64,000 nt of DNA from Octopus vulgaris. Taxonomy: Eukaryota. The translations under genes were made by a program, and so were the position numbers. The stretch spans positions 93,372,001 to 93,436,000 of the forward strand of contig OX597817.1 in NCBI GenBank assembly GCA_951406725.2, in the 5' to 3' direction. The notes beneath the pieces were generated by a model. That model was not told where the DNA came from. It saw nothing but the letters and a program-made list of their open reading frames with translations, and searched no databases. Positions 27,388 through 40,764 of the stretch are shown piece after piece. Position 1 is the stretch's first letter, and every line of letters starts with the position of its first letter.

Positions 27388-29322
27388 AATTTAGATCAGA
27401 GTAAAGCCTTCGATAGGGTCGACCATCGATACCTGGCAGCTGTTCTCAAGGCAGCCAGTTTCGGTCCAGTCTTCTGCAGGTGGATCGCTGCTTTGTACAG
27501 CAATATCTGCTCGGTGATACGGGTGAACGGTCACCTTTCGGAGCCGTTTGACATCTCGCGTTCGGTTCGCCAAGGATGCCCTCTATCCTCCTTCTTGTAC
27601 GTATTGACTCTAGAGCCATTACTGCGCAAGTTGGAGGCTTTGAGGGGTATCCCGCGCGATCTAGGAGGTGGAAATAGCGTGTCTGCCTATGCCGACGACG
27701 TCACAGTGATGGTGTGGAGCTACAGGCACATTGACCTGATTGGCGAGACACTAAACGAGTACGAAGCGGTGACAGGTGCAAAGATTAACGCGGAAAAGTC
27801 CGTGGGCTTGCAACTGGGCACCATGAGAGGCAAGTCCATGCCGTCCAACAGTGTCGTAGGGCGCTAGACAGACGGACCCGTTAAACTGCTCAGGGTCTGG
27901 TTCGGTCCAGACCTCCAGGTGGATAAAAACTGGGAAGAGGTGACGAACAGGGTGGCCAATCTCACCCAGAAATGGGCCGAGAGGAAGCTGTTCCTGAAAG
28001 GTCGAGCGGAAGTGGCGAATGCGTACATCGCATCCGTCATCTATTACCGATTGGCCGTCGTCCCTTGTCCCGACCGCTGGTTGGCCAAGCTGGTGCGCTT
28101 GCTCTTCGACTTCTTGAGGAAGGGTCAGATACCACTGGTCAAGCGATCCATCTGCTGTCAACGGCCGCTGAACGGAGGCCTTGGCATGCCGTGGTTACTG
28201 ATGCGCAGACATGCGCTCAGGCAACGGCATCTCAAGTGTTTCCTAGACGGTGAACAGGTGTGGTCATTTTTTGTCAGACGCGACTTTCCGCCGCTCATCT
28301 CTTTGACAGAGTTGCAGTCTTGGATCAAACGCAGACCGAGAAAGGCGCTTGGCACCTCGAGTGCCGTCAAGCTCTCTCCGCCCTCCACCAGGCGGGCAAT
28401 GCGATCGGTAGTGGTTCCACTCTAGCGTTCTATAGAGGTTTAGTGGAAGAAAAGTGCGACGACGTTCTCGCGGAAACTCTAGGCGTTGACGATAACAAGC
28501 TAAACAATCTGTTCGGGAGAACTTTCGGGCCGGGGCCAATGGATAATTTCCAAAGGTCCCTCGTCTGGCAGTGCTACCGAGGAGCTCTGCCTGTTCGGGA
28601 TAAACTCTACCGGCACGGAAGTGCCGTCAGACGGGCCTACCCGAGGTGCGCCCAGGACGACGAAACCGTTCTGCACGCACTCGTCCAGTGCCCGAGTATT
28701 GCTGAACTATGGGTTTATGTCAAACAGCTATTGTCGCGTATAGGACGGAGCCGGCTATCAACTGAATCCATAGTGAGGATTGCTCCGCCGACCTCCTTTA
28801 ACCGGGAGGGCAAGGCAGTTTTCCTTTGCCTAGTGGCTGTAGCGAAAGAGGTGATATGGTGGACCCGTTTGAAAGGGCTATGGTCAGACACTTTCCTCTT
28901 TGGTCAAGGCCTCATCAACTTTGTCAAGTTTCATTTGAAAAGGAAGATGAGAGTAGAGAGGGAAGTGATGTCTAGTAGCAAGTTTATTGAAAGGTGGGTG
29001 AATGTCGCAAGAATGGCCAGTATGAACGGACCAATTCTGAGAATATCCTGTGAGAATTAAAAGGAAATATAAAGGAGAAAGGGCTCTCTACCCCCCCCCC
29101 CTTTTGACCAGGCTCCCGTGGCTTTTATGGGTTTTTCCACGAGTAACCTTTCGAGCGCCTCCCCCTATTGAGAGTTTTAATTGTTACTTATTTTTCGTTA
29201 TCATCCTGTTTTTGTACACGGACTTTTTCAAACGGACAAAACCCTTTGTAACTTTCGTCCTGTGTTTTGTCCCTTTATGTTTTAATTGATTTTTGTTAGC
29301 CTTTGTGGCAAATAAACGAACG
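27388..29322 (+). mobile_element. 5'-truncated Tx1-like LINE (RT to C-terminal Zn region, with stops and frameshifts)
   Basis: LDQSKAFDRVDH, SVRQGCPLS, SAYADDVTV, GGLGMP and PRC..DETVLHALVQC; followed by (TTA)n. Confidence 0.92.
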
Positions 29323-29323
29323 G

Positions 29324-29385
<62 letters not shown>

Positions 29386-29420
29386 CATCATCATCATCAT
29401 CATCATCATCGTCATTATTG

Positions 29421-29568
29421 AGGCGGTGAGCTGGCAGAATCGTTAGCCCGCCGGGTTAAATGCTTAGCGGTTTAAATTAAATACCAGTTACGCACTGGGG
29501 TCGATGTAAGGGACTAATCCCCTCCCTCGCCCCCAAATTTCACACCTTGTGCCTTTAATAGAAAGGAT
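29421..29568 (+). mobile_element. SINE family 1 (internally deleted) within (TTA)n
   Basis: GGCGGTGAGCTGGCAGAATCGTTAGC head; tail CCTTGTGCCTTTAATAGAAAGGATTATT. Confidence 0.82.
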
Positions 29569-29581
29569 TATTACTACTATT

Positions 29582-30000
29582 GATATGACTCAGGTTCGTT
29601 CTTATTCCTAGTAGAGTTTATATGGGGAGCGGGTTACTCCCTGTAACCTTAGGTATCCACAAGCTTTCAGTAGCCTTTCAAGTGCTTAAGATCTACTAAT
29701 AACCTTTTCTGTTTCTAAGAGGCAGACTTTCTATAGAAGCTCTATATGACATTCTATTCAGATTACCTTCAATCTGTTTATATCTTAATTTATCGCTTCC
29801 CATGCACCAATTATTACAGACACAACCTTTACACTTTTCATACATCAAATTCTTGCAATTTCAAATTTTAAGAGATCATATTTTTTGATTTTTCATCCTC
29901 TTCCATTACAATCCTGGAATCAAACGGGTATTATGGCTCAATAAGTAAGCAACTTCGCTTTTCCTTGTCTATTATTGTTATGTCTAGTCTGCTCGTCTCT
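29582..30000 (-). mobile_element. Degenerate R4/Dong-like LINE 3' fragment
   Basis: Minus-strand remnants PFDSRI, KYDLLKFEIARI and VVSVIIGA. Confidence 0.65.
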
Positions 30001-30623
30001 CATCAAGTATTGCACATCGCTCTCGTAAGTTTGTTGTTATATTGTTGCTCAAAGTTATCCTCTTCGGCGATAAATTAAGGTTTGTTTAGCAAACACGCCC
30101 TTGAATTTTTGTTTAGAAAAGAAAGATGGTGAATGAGGATTGTTCGTCCGCTGAAAAGAATAACCAGTTATCAACTGAACACAACATCCAAATTGAGATA
30201 GTAGCAGCAGTAACAGCACAACTACAGCAACAACAACACAGCACGGGAAATGTATGAAAGTAACTTTCAGCTGCTTTCGGCACCGCCATCACCTTCACTG
30301 GAACAATAAAAGAGATCAATGACAAGCAAAATTGATCAATAACAAACAAAAGAGATCAATAACAAACAAAAGAGATCAATGACAACAAAACGCAGTAACA
30401 ACACTAGCGAGAATACTGCCACCTCCACCACCAACGTCGGTGGCTACAGCAAACCCACCATTACGAACACCACCACGAACATCATTAACGAAAAAATAAA
30501 AACAAAGCAAACGAACTGTGTAAATCTGCTATTAACGATCTCGTCGACGAGACGCGGCAAGTCAATGGAGAAATTTTAATTAATGAAAATGAATTTAAAA
30601 GGATTATTATTATTATTTATTGC

Positions 30624-31039
30624 GGATCTTTTCGGTTTGAACGACAGTTTTTCTAGCAGTGTCATATGAAATTGTCACCCATAATTATGACCCTAGTATC
30701 GATCTATTGCATTTCAATCTGTTTTAGGGTTAGGTTTAGGGGTGGGGGGAAGGGTATGTTTTTTTCTTCAGAAATGTAAATAAACCCAATCTGTATCTTA
30801 AACGAGGGACATATTCATACGGCACAGAATGTTTTCACCTCAATAGACGTCATTGATTGGTTGAAATTGCAGAAATTGAAGGAAAAAAACAACAAATATC
30901 TTACAAACTATAGAATTTTCTCAATAAAGCCAAGAGAAAAAGATGTTTTATAAACACATTCTACCAGTATACGAAGTTTAAAAGTGTTTAGTTACGTGGA
31001 AATTATTTTAAAAAACTGCCGTTCAAACCGAAAAGATCC
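30624..31039. mobile_element. MITE, Merlin-type (GG termini, 8-bp TSD)
   Basis: TIR GGATCTTTTCGGTTTGAACG(A/G)CAGTTTTT; TSD TTTATTGC at 30616-30623 and 31040-31047; internal TTAGGG-like repeats. Confidence 0.85.
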
Positions 31040-31079
31040 TTTATTGCTACTATTATTATTATTTGTTGTTAATAATAAC

Positions 31080-31243
<164 letters not shown>

Positions 31244-31249
31244 TATTAT

Positions 31250-31445
31250 AAGGCGAGCTGTCAGAATCTTTAGCACGCCGGGCAAGATGCTTATGTTCTA
31301 TGTTCAAATTCCGCTGAGGTCGACTTTGCCGTTCATCCTTTCTGGGTCGATGAATTAAGTACCTGTCAATGTACTTGACTGGGGTCAATGTAATCGGCTA
31401 GTTCCATTGCCCAAAATTTCAGGCCTTGTGCCAAAATTCGAACTC
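31250..31445 (+). mobile_element. SINE family 1 following (TTA/TCA)n
   Basis: Head, B-box, core and tail are recognisable. Confidence 0.8.
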
Positions 31446-31630
31446 ATCTTCATTATTATTATTATTTGCAAAGTGCTGAAGATTATTTTAAATGCAAAGA
31501 TCAAGCTTCCTAACTAACTTTATCGCAACAAAATTAAGCTAACATCAACATAGATAAGAAAAGCAATCCATTTTATAACCATTAGCATCATTTTCACCTT
31601 GGACGTTGTACTTTGAAAATTAAATATGTG

Positions 31631-32810
31631 GGATCTTTTCCTTTTGATGGACGGAATTTTCTAGTTAACTAAAAAATTTGAAACTTCGTATACTGATAGA
31701 ATGTGTCAAAAAAAAACATTATTGTAAACAAAATTGAAAACAAAATTGTAATTTGTAAGTTTAACGTAGTTTAATTCGAAGAATTTTAACCAATGAAATC
31801 CCAGCATCTTCGAATTTTAACCAATGAAATCTCAGCATTTGAGCTCAGATCATTTGCTGCGTTATCGATATTGATAAAGAAACATAGCAGACGCATGCCG
31901 CATACACACACACACACATATTCAGATACATACACACGTACACTTGCACACACACACACTCAGTCACTCTTTCTCTCTCTCTCTCAAACACATGCATATA
32001 CATTTGCACAAGCACATAGTAATTAATATATAAGCGTACACACACATACAAACGGAGATATACATACACACACATATGCACACAGGCATACATACACGTT
32101 CGTGTGTTCGCACTGGTGTCGATAGAATCGACTTAATACTTTTGTCCCCTCTGTGTTTTGCCCCTTGCCGCAACAAATTTACACAAAAGGTAAATAAACC
32201 AGAAGGGGGGGGGATGTTTCATCGTTTCGGAGTCGATAAATTAAGTACCAATTACGTACTGGTGTCGAGGATTTTTTTCCCAATTTATATCACAGCCTCC
32301 GACAAGCTGGGGCATCCTTTTATGAAAAAATATTTCGCAAATTTTTACAATACGACTCACACTCCACACGCAAACTCTAGACCGCTTTAGGCATATTATT
32401 GTTTTGTTTTTGTTGTTTCTGACCCTTCAAAACCATGGGGAAGCCTTTTCGGTAAAAAAAATAAAGAAAATATTAAAAAAATATCGTTAATATTTTTATT
32501 GGGCGACGAAATTCATCGATTTAAGAGATATAGCTGTTATTTCTAGCACACACAGAAGACAGAAGATAGAAGAGATAAGGATGAATAAGACGTGTGTGTG
32601 AGTTTTCAGACGCAGAAAATGATTTGAGCTCAAATGCTAGGATTTCATTGGTTAAAATTCTTCGAATTAAACTACGTTAAACTTACAAATAACAATTTTG
32701 TTTTCAATTTTGTTTACAATAATGTTTTCTTTTGACACATTCTACCAGTATACGAAGTTTCAAATTGTTTAGTTAACTAAAAAATTCCGTCCATCAAAAG
32801 GAAAAGATCC
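31631..32810. mobile_element. Merlin-type non-autonomous transposon with ~190-bp TIRs
   Basis: Termini GGATCTTTTCCTTTTGATGGACGGAA / TTCCGTCCATCAAAAGGAAAAGATCC; TSD AATATGTG at 31623-31630 and 32811-32818; carries SINE core fragments inside. Confidence 0.9.
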
Positions 32811-33405
32811 AATATGTGTGCTGATATACTTTTATACAGTGCCTTGTACTTGTTTTTACAAAACCTTTTGAAAGCAATAAGATTGTCAATAATGAACAAA
32901 TAATTAAACATTAATCTGATACTAATAGGTGTTGAAAATCTATACTGGGAATTTTCCACCAAAATTTTTATGTAGTACAAAGTATAATCTTGAGTAGGTA
33001 TAAGCGTTCGTGTTAAACGTTCTAACCTAAAATTACAACACAAAATTCGGATAAAATTATATTGCATACAGAAAATATCAACATAAATAGTCTTTCTCTC
33101 ACTTCGTTCTAAGCAATTAGTACCCTCTTCAGTATTTTATAAGTATCAAGAGAGTTCTCCATCAAGCTTACAGTGTGAACAGAGTTTTCTTAGTATTAAC
33201 AACTCTGTGTTCCGTGCTTTGCACTATATTTTCTATTTCAACTACGGAATATTAAATCTAGTAACAATTGCCAGAATATTGTACTGAAATTTTTTAGAAA
33301 TGTCAGTACATTAGACATGAATAACCACAACAGACTGTCACAGCGTAGAGAGTGAGAGACGAAAGAAGAGTGGGTGAGAGACAGGAGGAAGGCATAAACA
33401 GAGGG

Positions 33406-33458
<53 letters not shown>

Positions 33459-33889
33459 GACAGACTTCGAGTGTATCACAGCAACAATACGAAAGAACAT
33501 GTATTTACTGAATTAAAAAACAACATTAATATCGATAAGGCTTTATGACCACTAGATCATGTTAGATTTTGAATGGTATTGTGATAGTAAACTAAAGACG
33601 TGATAAACTAAACCAGGAGAGGGGTAAAGACAAAAAAAAATGAGAGAATGAAAAAGAAAGAAGAGGGGAAGAGAGAGAGGAAGATGGTAAGAAGATTAAG
33701 GTGTTTGAACCTGTATTATATTCCATTACCAAACGATCAGATGGAATTACCTCTATGTTCTTGTGGAAACTGTTCTGGGTTTTGTTCCAATACAAATATT
33801 ACTCGTCTGAGAGAGAGGGGGGGGGAAGATATTTTGAAAATAACCTTAAAAAAGTTTATCACGGTCGAAGGTGCAATTTATTTTCAACG

Positions 33890-34340
33890 ATTCACCAACT
33901 ATAAAAAAGATCAGTTGCCCAACGGACGTTAACATAAAGCTGAAGATCAGTGAAAAAGAGAACACCTACGCTGAACTATTGAGAAATCGGCAGTTACTCT
34001 ATCCAGATTACAAGTTCAGGTTTATACCTGTAATTATTGGGGCTCTAGGATATGTAACACACTGCCTAAATACCAATCTTGAGAAATTAGGTTTCTCAAA
34101 ACCAGAAAGGACAAAGCTAATTCGAAGACTACAGATCCAGTCCATCGCTGGAACTGTAAAAATCTGAAAAAATTTCCAGAAGTTTATCATTTAAGTATAT
34201 ATAAGCATATCTAAGTATGCAACTATATGCATGAGAATACATACATAAAACATATAAATCTGCACATACATACATACATACATACATACATACATACATA
34301 CATACATACATACATACATACATACATACATACATACATA
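33890..34340 (+). mobile_element. RLE LINE 3' fragment of a (CATA)n-associated family
   Basis: ISCPTDVNI..K..EKENTY.EL...FIPVIIGALG; the 3' UTR runs into (CATA)n at 34264-34341. Confidence 0.8.
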
Positions 34341-34341
34341 C

Positions 34342-36280
34342 ACGATGGGCCTATATGAGCAGAAGACTATGCATGGATATGTTAGTAGAAAACTCCGTGA
34401 TAATAGTAACACAGATTATCGAAGCAGTTTATCATAGACCAATTGCCGGATTACTACCTCTCACTTTGAAGGGTATGCGTTTGCAATCCAAGAACTGGAA
34501 ATATCAACCAAGTACTTGATGCACAAAAGGGATAGAGATGCTGGAAAAGCAGTAAAATATGACAACCGATGTTGACTTTGTGGAGTTCACACTGAAGATA
34601 TCACCCACATCTTAAGCAGTTCTCCGAAAATGTCATCACGGTATTATCTACCGATGCGACATGATGTTGTAGCTAGGACACTCTATAATGAAATCCATCG
34701 AAAGGATAATCCCGAGGACAAAGAAATAAGAACCCACAATATAACCACTCATAATAAAAAGGAATATTGGTGAGATGTCCCAGTGAAGACCTCAATAAAA
34801 TGTAAGCATAACAGAGCTGATATAATGATTTGGGATAGAGAAGAGAAATTGTGCACAGTTGTGGAATTTAGCTGCCCAGCGGATGTTAACATAAAGCTGA
34901 AGATCAGTGAAAAAGAGAACACCTATGCTGAACTATTGAGAGATCTGCAGTAACCTTATCCAGATTACAAGTTCAGATTTATACATGTATAGCAAATCAT
35001 AAAAGGCGGCAATATGACATAATGGTCGTTTGCCCGAACAAGCATAATTTTTGATATCTCATTGGTTAAAATTACGGCCCATATTTGAATTCTAAACTTT
35101 CGTCAAAGAGAATTCTTTCACGAAATACAGTATGAGCAGTTATAAAAACCCTGATCTGGGGGAAATTAATCAGTGTTCGTTGGGTGTTACTAAACTCCAC
35201 GACACTCACGATAGTGTTCGGCGGATTCTTACTAAACTCCACGACAATCACTCATTGAGATATTGGCTATTTTTATGCCATGTCTATGATAAAAATACAA
35301 GACTTATTTGAATTGTTGTGAACTCTAGTAGTTAGTATGAAAGATTAGCTAGTGTGAAATTTAAGTCATAATTCTCTACGACAAAATGACTTTACTTTCC
35401 AATTGTACTATAAAAGCTAAATGTACATAAATAAAATAATCTAGCAATTATTTTCTCTTTCTTCACGTTTTTCAACTTGTTAATGAAATTTATTTCTGCA
35501 ATTATGAAACTGTATTTTTTATAGTGGTTAAAAGAAAATGAATTTGTTTATCTTCAACATACATGCACGTATAAAATATCCATTAGCGTTTCAGAGTATA
35601 TATTTCTTGCTATGGCGTTTATGTAGCTGGAGTCAGGATTTATGTATAATGATAACACTTATAAGTAAGTTATAAGTGATGGGTTTATCAATATATATTC
35701 CTACTTCACAAGTAAAATATATTTATTATCTAATTCCAAATAGGAAACATATAAAAGTAGTGTTACACAAACGGTAACAAAACGCGGCTATAAAAAGTAG
35801 TGACCGGTTATAAAACCTGTAATTACTGGAGCTCTGGGATATGTAACACACTGCCTAAATACCAATCTTAAGAAATTAGGGTTCTCAGAACCAGAAAGGA
35901 GAAAGCTAATTCGAAGACTACAGATCCAGTTCATCATTGGAACTGTAAACATCTGTAAAACTTTCCAGAAGTTTATCATTTAAATGTATATAAGCATGTC
36001 TAGATATGCAACTATGTGCACGAAAATACATACATAAAAATACAAACCTGCACATACATACATGCATACACGCATAAATACATACATACATACATACATA
36101 CATACATACATACATACATACATACATACATACATACATACATACGAACAAAAATACCCTGTTGATGTTGAAATTCCAATGAAGGAGCCTGGGATCTTAG
36201 AAACCAGTTTTTTTCCCTATTGGCAAGAAATCTTGAAATAAAACTGAACAATGGCTTACATACATTCATACATACATAAA
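34342..36280 (+). mobile_element. Second copy of the (CATA)n-associated RLE LINE, interrupted by an ~830-bp insert (~34985-35815)
   Basis: KTMHGY, EGYAFAIQE, RHDVVA and SCPADVNI; the ORF end resumes at 35816 (CCTGTAATTACTGG) exactly as in the first copy. Confidence 0.8.
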
Positions 36281-36791
36281 GAACAAGCATACAATCGCAT
36301 ATGAAAAGAGTATACACTCATTGCAGCAGTGCAAATGCATTACATATGCAGCCACATATATACACATACGAACTCATACTAACATACTCACAAATTACTG
36401 GAACTGTCTTGACCCAGACAAAGAGGAATGGTCTATTTGTTTAATGACCGGTTCGAATTTTACAAAAAAAATACACCGCAAGTTAATTATGCATGCATAC
36501 TTACACACACCCATGCATACATACAAACGCGCGTGCGCGTATATATATCCACATATACATACATGTATGCATACACATGCGCGCGCGCACACCACACATG
36601 CACGTGCGCGCCCACTTCCTGAAAGATAAATATTTGATTGGTGTTATTGTCGTATGTTCTGTTCAATGAACTTCAATAAAATAAAAGTAGATTAAATAAA
36701 TAGCTCGAGTAAAAATAGACAAAAACTTCAAATAAACGTTCATAGATATATACAAAATAACGAACATATGTACATAACTGTGTGTGTGTGC

Positions 36792-36822
<31 letters not shown>

Positions 36823-37321
36823 CGCGCGTGCGCGCGTGTGTGTGTTTGCGTGTGTATGCATATATGTATGTATGCAAAGTGACGCACTATTGTGGGTGGA
36901 GAGGTACTATTAAGTTCAGGTCTTGTAAACATTATTGGTGTCCCTAAGTACAGAAACATCAGTTAATCCATACACCACTTCCCTGTCTGACCATCCCTGA
37001 AGACAGAGATTCAATAAACTCCTTCCTTAAAATGACCCAGCCAGTAAACCGAACAGCTTCTTAAGCGTTTTATGTTCTAAGAAAATATGACATGCCATGA
37101 AAGTTCCAGCTCAAACCAATCCCATTTAATTCTGCAATCTATGAGCTTAGCTTACTTAAAATAAAAAAAACATGTCATCACTCTTCCAATCACTAAACAC
37201 ATCTGTTCCAGTTTTTTTTTTATAATTCTTTTTTCTTTTTTTTTGTGTCGCTTTTGTTATTGTTTTGTTTTTGCTTTCCTTATATGAATTTAAAAACAAT
37301 TAATATCTATTCATCAAAATC

Positions 37322-37762
37322 CAGCGAGCTGGCAGAACCGTTAGCACACCGGGCAAAATGTTTAGTAGTATTCCGTCTGTTATTTTATTCTGAATTCAAA
37401 TTCCGCCGAGGTCGACTTTGTCTTTCATCCTTTTGGAATCGATAAAATAAGTACCAGTTGGGCACTGGGGTCGATATATTCGACTAGCACCCTACCTCGA
37501 AATGACTGACCTTGTGTCAAAATTTGAAACCAATATTTATTCATCAAAAGGCGGCGAGCTGGCAGAATCGTTAGCACATTAGGCAAATTACTTAGCGGCA
37601 TTTCGTTCTGAGTTAAAATTCCACCGAAGTCGATTTTCCCTTTCATCCTTTCAGAGTCGATAAAATAAATAATAGTAGTGTGCTGGGATCAATATGATCG
37701 ACTTCACCCCTACCCCACCACCACCACCGAGATTTCCGGCCTTGTGCCAAAATTTGAAGCTA
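37322..37762 (+). mobile_element. Tandem dimer of SINE family 1
   Basis: Two complete units, bounded and separated by AATAT(C/T)TATTCATCAA. Confidence 0.85.
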
Positions 37763-38526
37763 ATATTTATTCATCAATTTATCTTGAAGTTTTAGAGAAA
37801 AATTCTTGTTCACAGTGTATGAATGGATTTGATCATAGAACAGTATAAAGATTTTAACTAACTGGCTTTTAATAGGAGAGGGATATTTTGTGTAGCATCT
37901 TTCTTATTTCCTTTCTTTTTTCTTCCACTTACCAATGAAAAAAGGATCTCATCAATGCAACACGAATTAGAAAGGGCAATGTACACTTTTTCAGGGCCTC
38001 CAAGGCGCTGGTGGAGTGAGGAAATTACCTTCAAACCGGAGACTAATCTGAATGCTTGCAACAGAATAAGGCACCCAAGGTGCCAGGTGGTGTTCTAAAC
38101 AATAGATTAAGCCTGCCTCCCAAGTAGAAATTGGAAATTAAACATAAAGAGCCGAAACAAATATCGCAAAGCATCCTATACGGCGTTCTACTGATTCCAC
38201 CAGTCCACCACCCTAGACTTTCTCTGCACATGTGTACATGTAAGTTAGTTAGTCATTTATGTATGTTTGTGAGATGGGGATGTATACATGCAGCACGTAT
38301 GTATAGATATATGCAAGCATGTATGTATGCGAATGAATGATTCCTTATTTTGTCGACCATAGAAGGGTGAAAGATAAAGTTCGTCTTGAATTGCTTAAAC
38401 TGAACCTCAAATTAATCAATCTTAGCAGTTCTGGACAGTCCCAGCCCCTTTCCGCCGACTGAAACATTAAAGAAAATCTGAGTACTTTCTGCACCATTAA
38501 TATTATTTTTATATTTTTCTAATAGA

Positions 38527-38722
38527 AGGCGACAAACTGGCAGAATCGTTACCGCATCGGCAAAATGCTTAGCGGCATTTCGTCCGTCCTTACGTTCTGA
38601 AGGCGATTTGTTTTTCATCTTTTCGGAATCGACAAAATAAGTACCAGTTGAGCACTGGGGTCTATGTAATCGACTTACCTCTTCCCCCAAAATGACTGGC
38701 CTTGTGCCAAAATTTGAAACCA
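38527..38722 (+). mobile_element. SINE family 1
   Basis: Head GGCGACAAACTGGCAGAATCGTT, core, and tail CCTTGTGCCAAAATTTGAAACC. Confidence 0.82.
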
Positions 38723-40000
38723 ATATTTACCGAGTGGAGAAAGTGAAAGCGCATGGCGTTGTGTTAGGTTCACGATCATTACCGTTGTGCATTTTATTCA
38801 ACAGATGGAATTTTATGTTTGAAAAGATTGTTCTCATTGGACATACTTTGAAAAGACCAAATATATTACTAACCACTATACTGGTTTAGAAACATCAAAC
38901 TGCAGAGCCATATTTTATTGGAGGAACTTTGTAAAAAACATAATCGTTAGAATATAGGTTACAATGTCTTGCAGGGTTTGTTCTGACTCTCTGCACACTG
39001 GGTTCAATTCCTGTCGAGGTCTGTTCGGCCTTCCATTGTTTAGGAGTCAATAAAAGAAGCACTAATCTAGAGAGGTGGACTGACGCAACTCTAAGAACGT
39101 TGAAACGGATGTCTTGCAGTATTTGTTCTGGATCTCTACATTCTGACTTCAAATTACGCCATGACCTACATGGGCGGTAGGTTTAATCTGTAGCCGATTT
39201 AACACCACTACCAGGCACTTCGGGCATCTTTAGCGGAATCCACTCAGTTGCAAGCTTTTGGGTCAGGTTTCTCACTAGAGGATACCTTTCTCCCATACAG
39301 TCTCCGAAGCTTTGTAAATGGTCACTGGCATTGCCTTCTTTCCTGACTAAAGGATTAAAAAAATAAAGAAAGACTATTTATATATAATATTAGATTTAAT
39401 GAAGCTTCTGATTTTGCTCACGGATAAGAGTCAATCCTGTACTGATGAAGATTGGCAAAATCCATAGAGCGTCTAGGAAAATGTTTTGCGGTATGTGTTC
39501 CTGGTACAAATCCTACCGAGGTTAACTTTGCCTTTCTTCTCCACAGGGTCGATAAAATAAAATGCGAGTTGATATTATCGTCTAACCTTCTCCTCTCAAA
39601 CTTTCTAGTCTTGTACGTAAATCAGAAATAATATATTTCATGGGAGGAAATGTTTAATCCTACAATTTTCAATTGACATGGATGTAAGGAATACTCCATG
39701 TCTTGAGAGAAAAACCAAGCCATACAAAAGATAAACAGTCAAACGTTAACTGGAGGATGATATTAATAAAGTTGAATTAATTTTTTACTAAGAAAAAGTT
39801 GACAGTGACTTCGAAGTTACGCTGACAGTCGGCTTCGTCAGTCTGACAAAACAGACTAACGGTGAAATTACGAATTCACTGTCAATATTTTCCTTGAAAA
39901 TGTGTGGTGTGTGTGAGAGTGTCTCTGTATGTGTTTACGTGTTTGCATTGTAGGGAGTGGGGGTTGAAGGTAACGACTTTTCTTGACAACCTTGGAGCCA

Positions 40001-40036
<36 letters not shown>

Positions 40037-40056
40037 AAAAGAAGGTTGTAACGTAC

Positions 40057-40426
40057 CAACACCAAAAAGTAATCCAATGGATATTGAACCGACGGCTGCC
40101 GTACGGGCTTTGCCCTGCTTGAATTCATCCAAAAGTCTCACGTAAAGAACACCAAAAGAGAACACTATACCTGTTACGATGACGTTGATGATATAAGAAA
40201 TAACAAGAATAAACCATTTAAGCCATCTTGGACTTTGCGCTGTTTCACTGGAATTGGTCTGTATTTCACAGAAACTGGCCTGTATTTCACTGAGAGTAAT
40301 CTTTTTTTCACTGGAAGTATCTTGTCTTTCGCTGGAATTGGTATTTATTTCGTTGAAAGTAGTCAGATTATCACTATAGTTAGTCTGTCTTTCACTAGTA
40401 TTTCCTTCGTGATGCTGATGTTCCAT
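40057..40426 (-). CDS. SLC16/MCT-family MFS transporter, coding exon 1 (N-terminal tail, TM1-TM2)
   Basis: ATG at 40426. Translation ...WLKWFILVISYIINVIVTGIVFSFGVLYVRLLDEFKQGKARTAAVGSISIGLLFGV matches MCT TM1-2 (compare SFGV...L..EF...TAWIGS). Donor G|GTACGT at 40057/40056; 370 nt, phase 1. Confidence 0.88.
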
Positions 40427-40764
40427 TCCTTGTCTTCTGGTTGTGTATATGTATATGTCTTAAGTATTTATATATATCTTACGTGTATATATCTTGTGTG
40501 TGTGTGTACATATATATATATATGTGTGTGTGTGTACATATATGTGTGTGTGTGTGTGTGTGTGCGTGTGCGTGCGTGTATGTGTGTGTATGTATCTATA
40601 TATAAATATGTATGTATATATGTATCGTTCGATAGATAAAAGTGACGTGGTCTGTATTACGTGATGTTTTGTGAATGGTGCGGGGTATGGTATGTGTGTG
40701 GGGTTGTGTGTATGTGTATGTATGTGTGTGAGTGTGTGGAATGTGCGTTCCAGGAGCTGCAGTT
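40427..40764 (-). other. Probable 5' UTR part of the first coding exon (implies an upstream non-coding exon)
   Basis: Strong acceptor TTTTCTCATTTTTTAG| at 40766-40765 upstream of the ATG; no transcript evidence. Confidence 0.45.

Noticed and set aside
30311-30390. 20-bp tandem repeats as a CRISPR-like array
   Set aside because: No spacers; a simple minisatellite in eukaryotic DNA.
30722-30742. TTAGGG-like repeats as an interstitial telomere
   Set aside because: Only about three imperfect units, inside a MITE.
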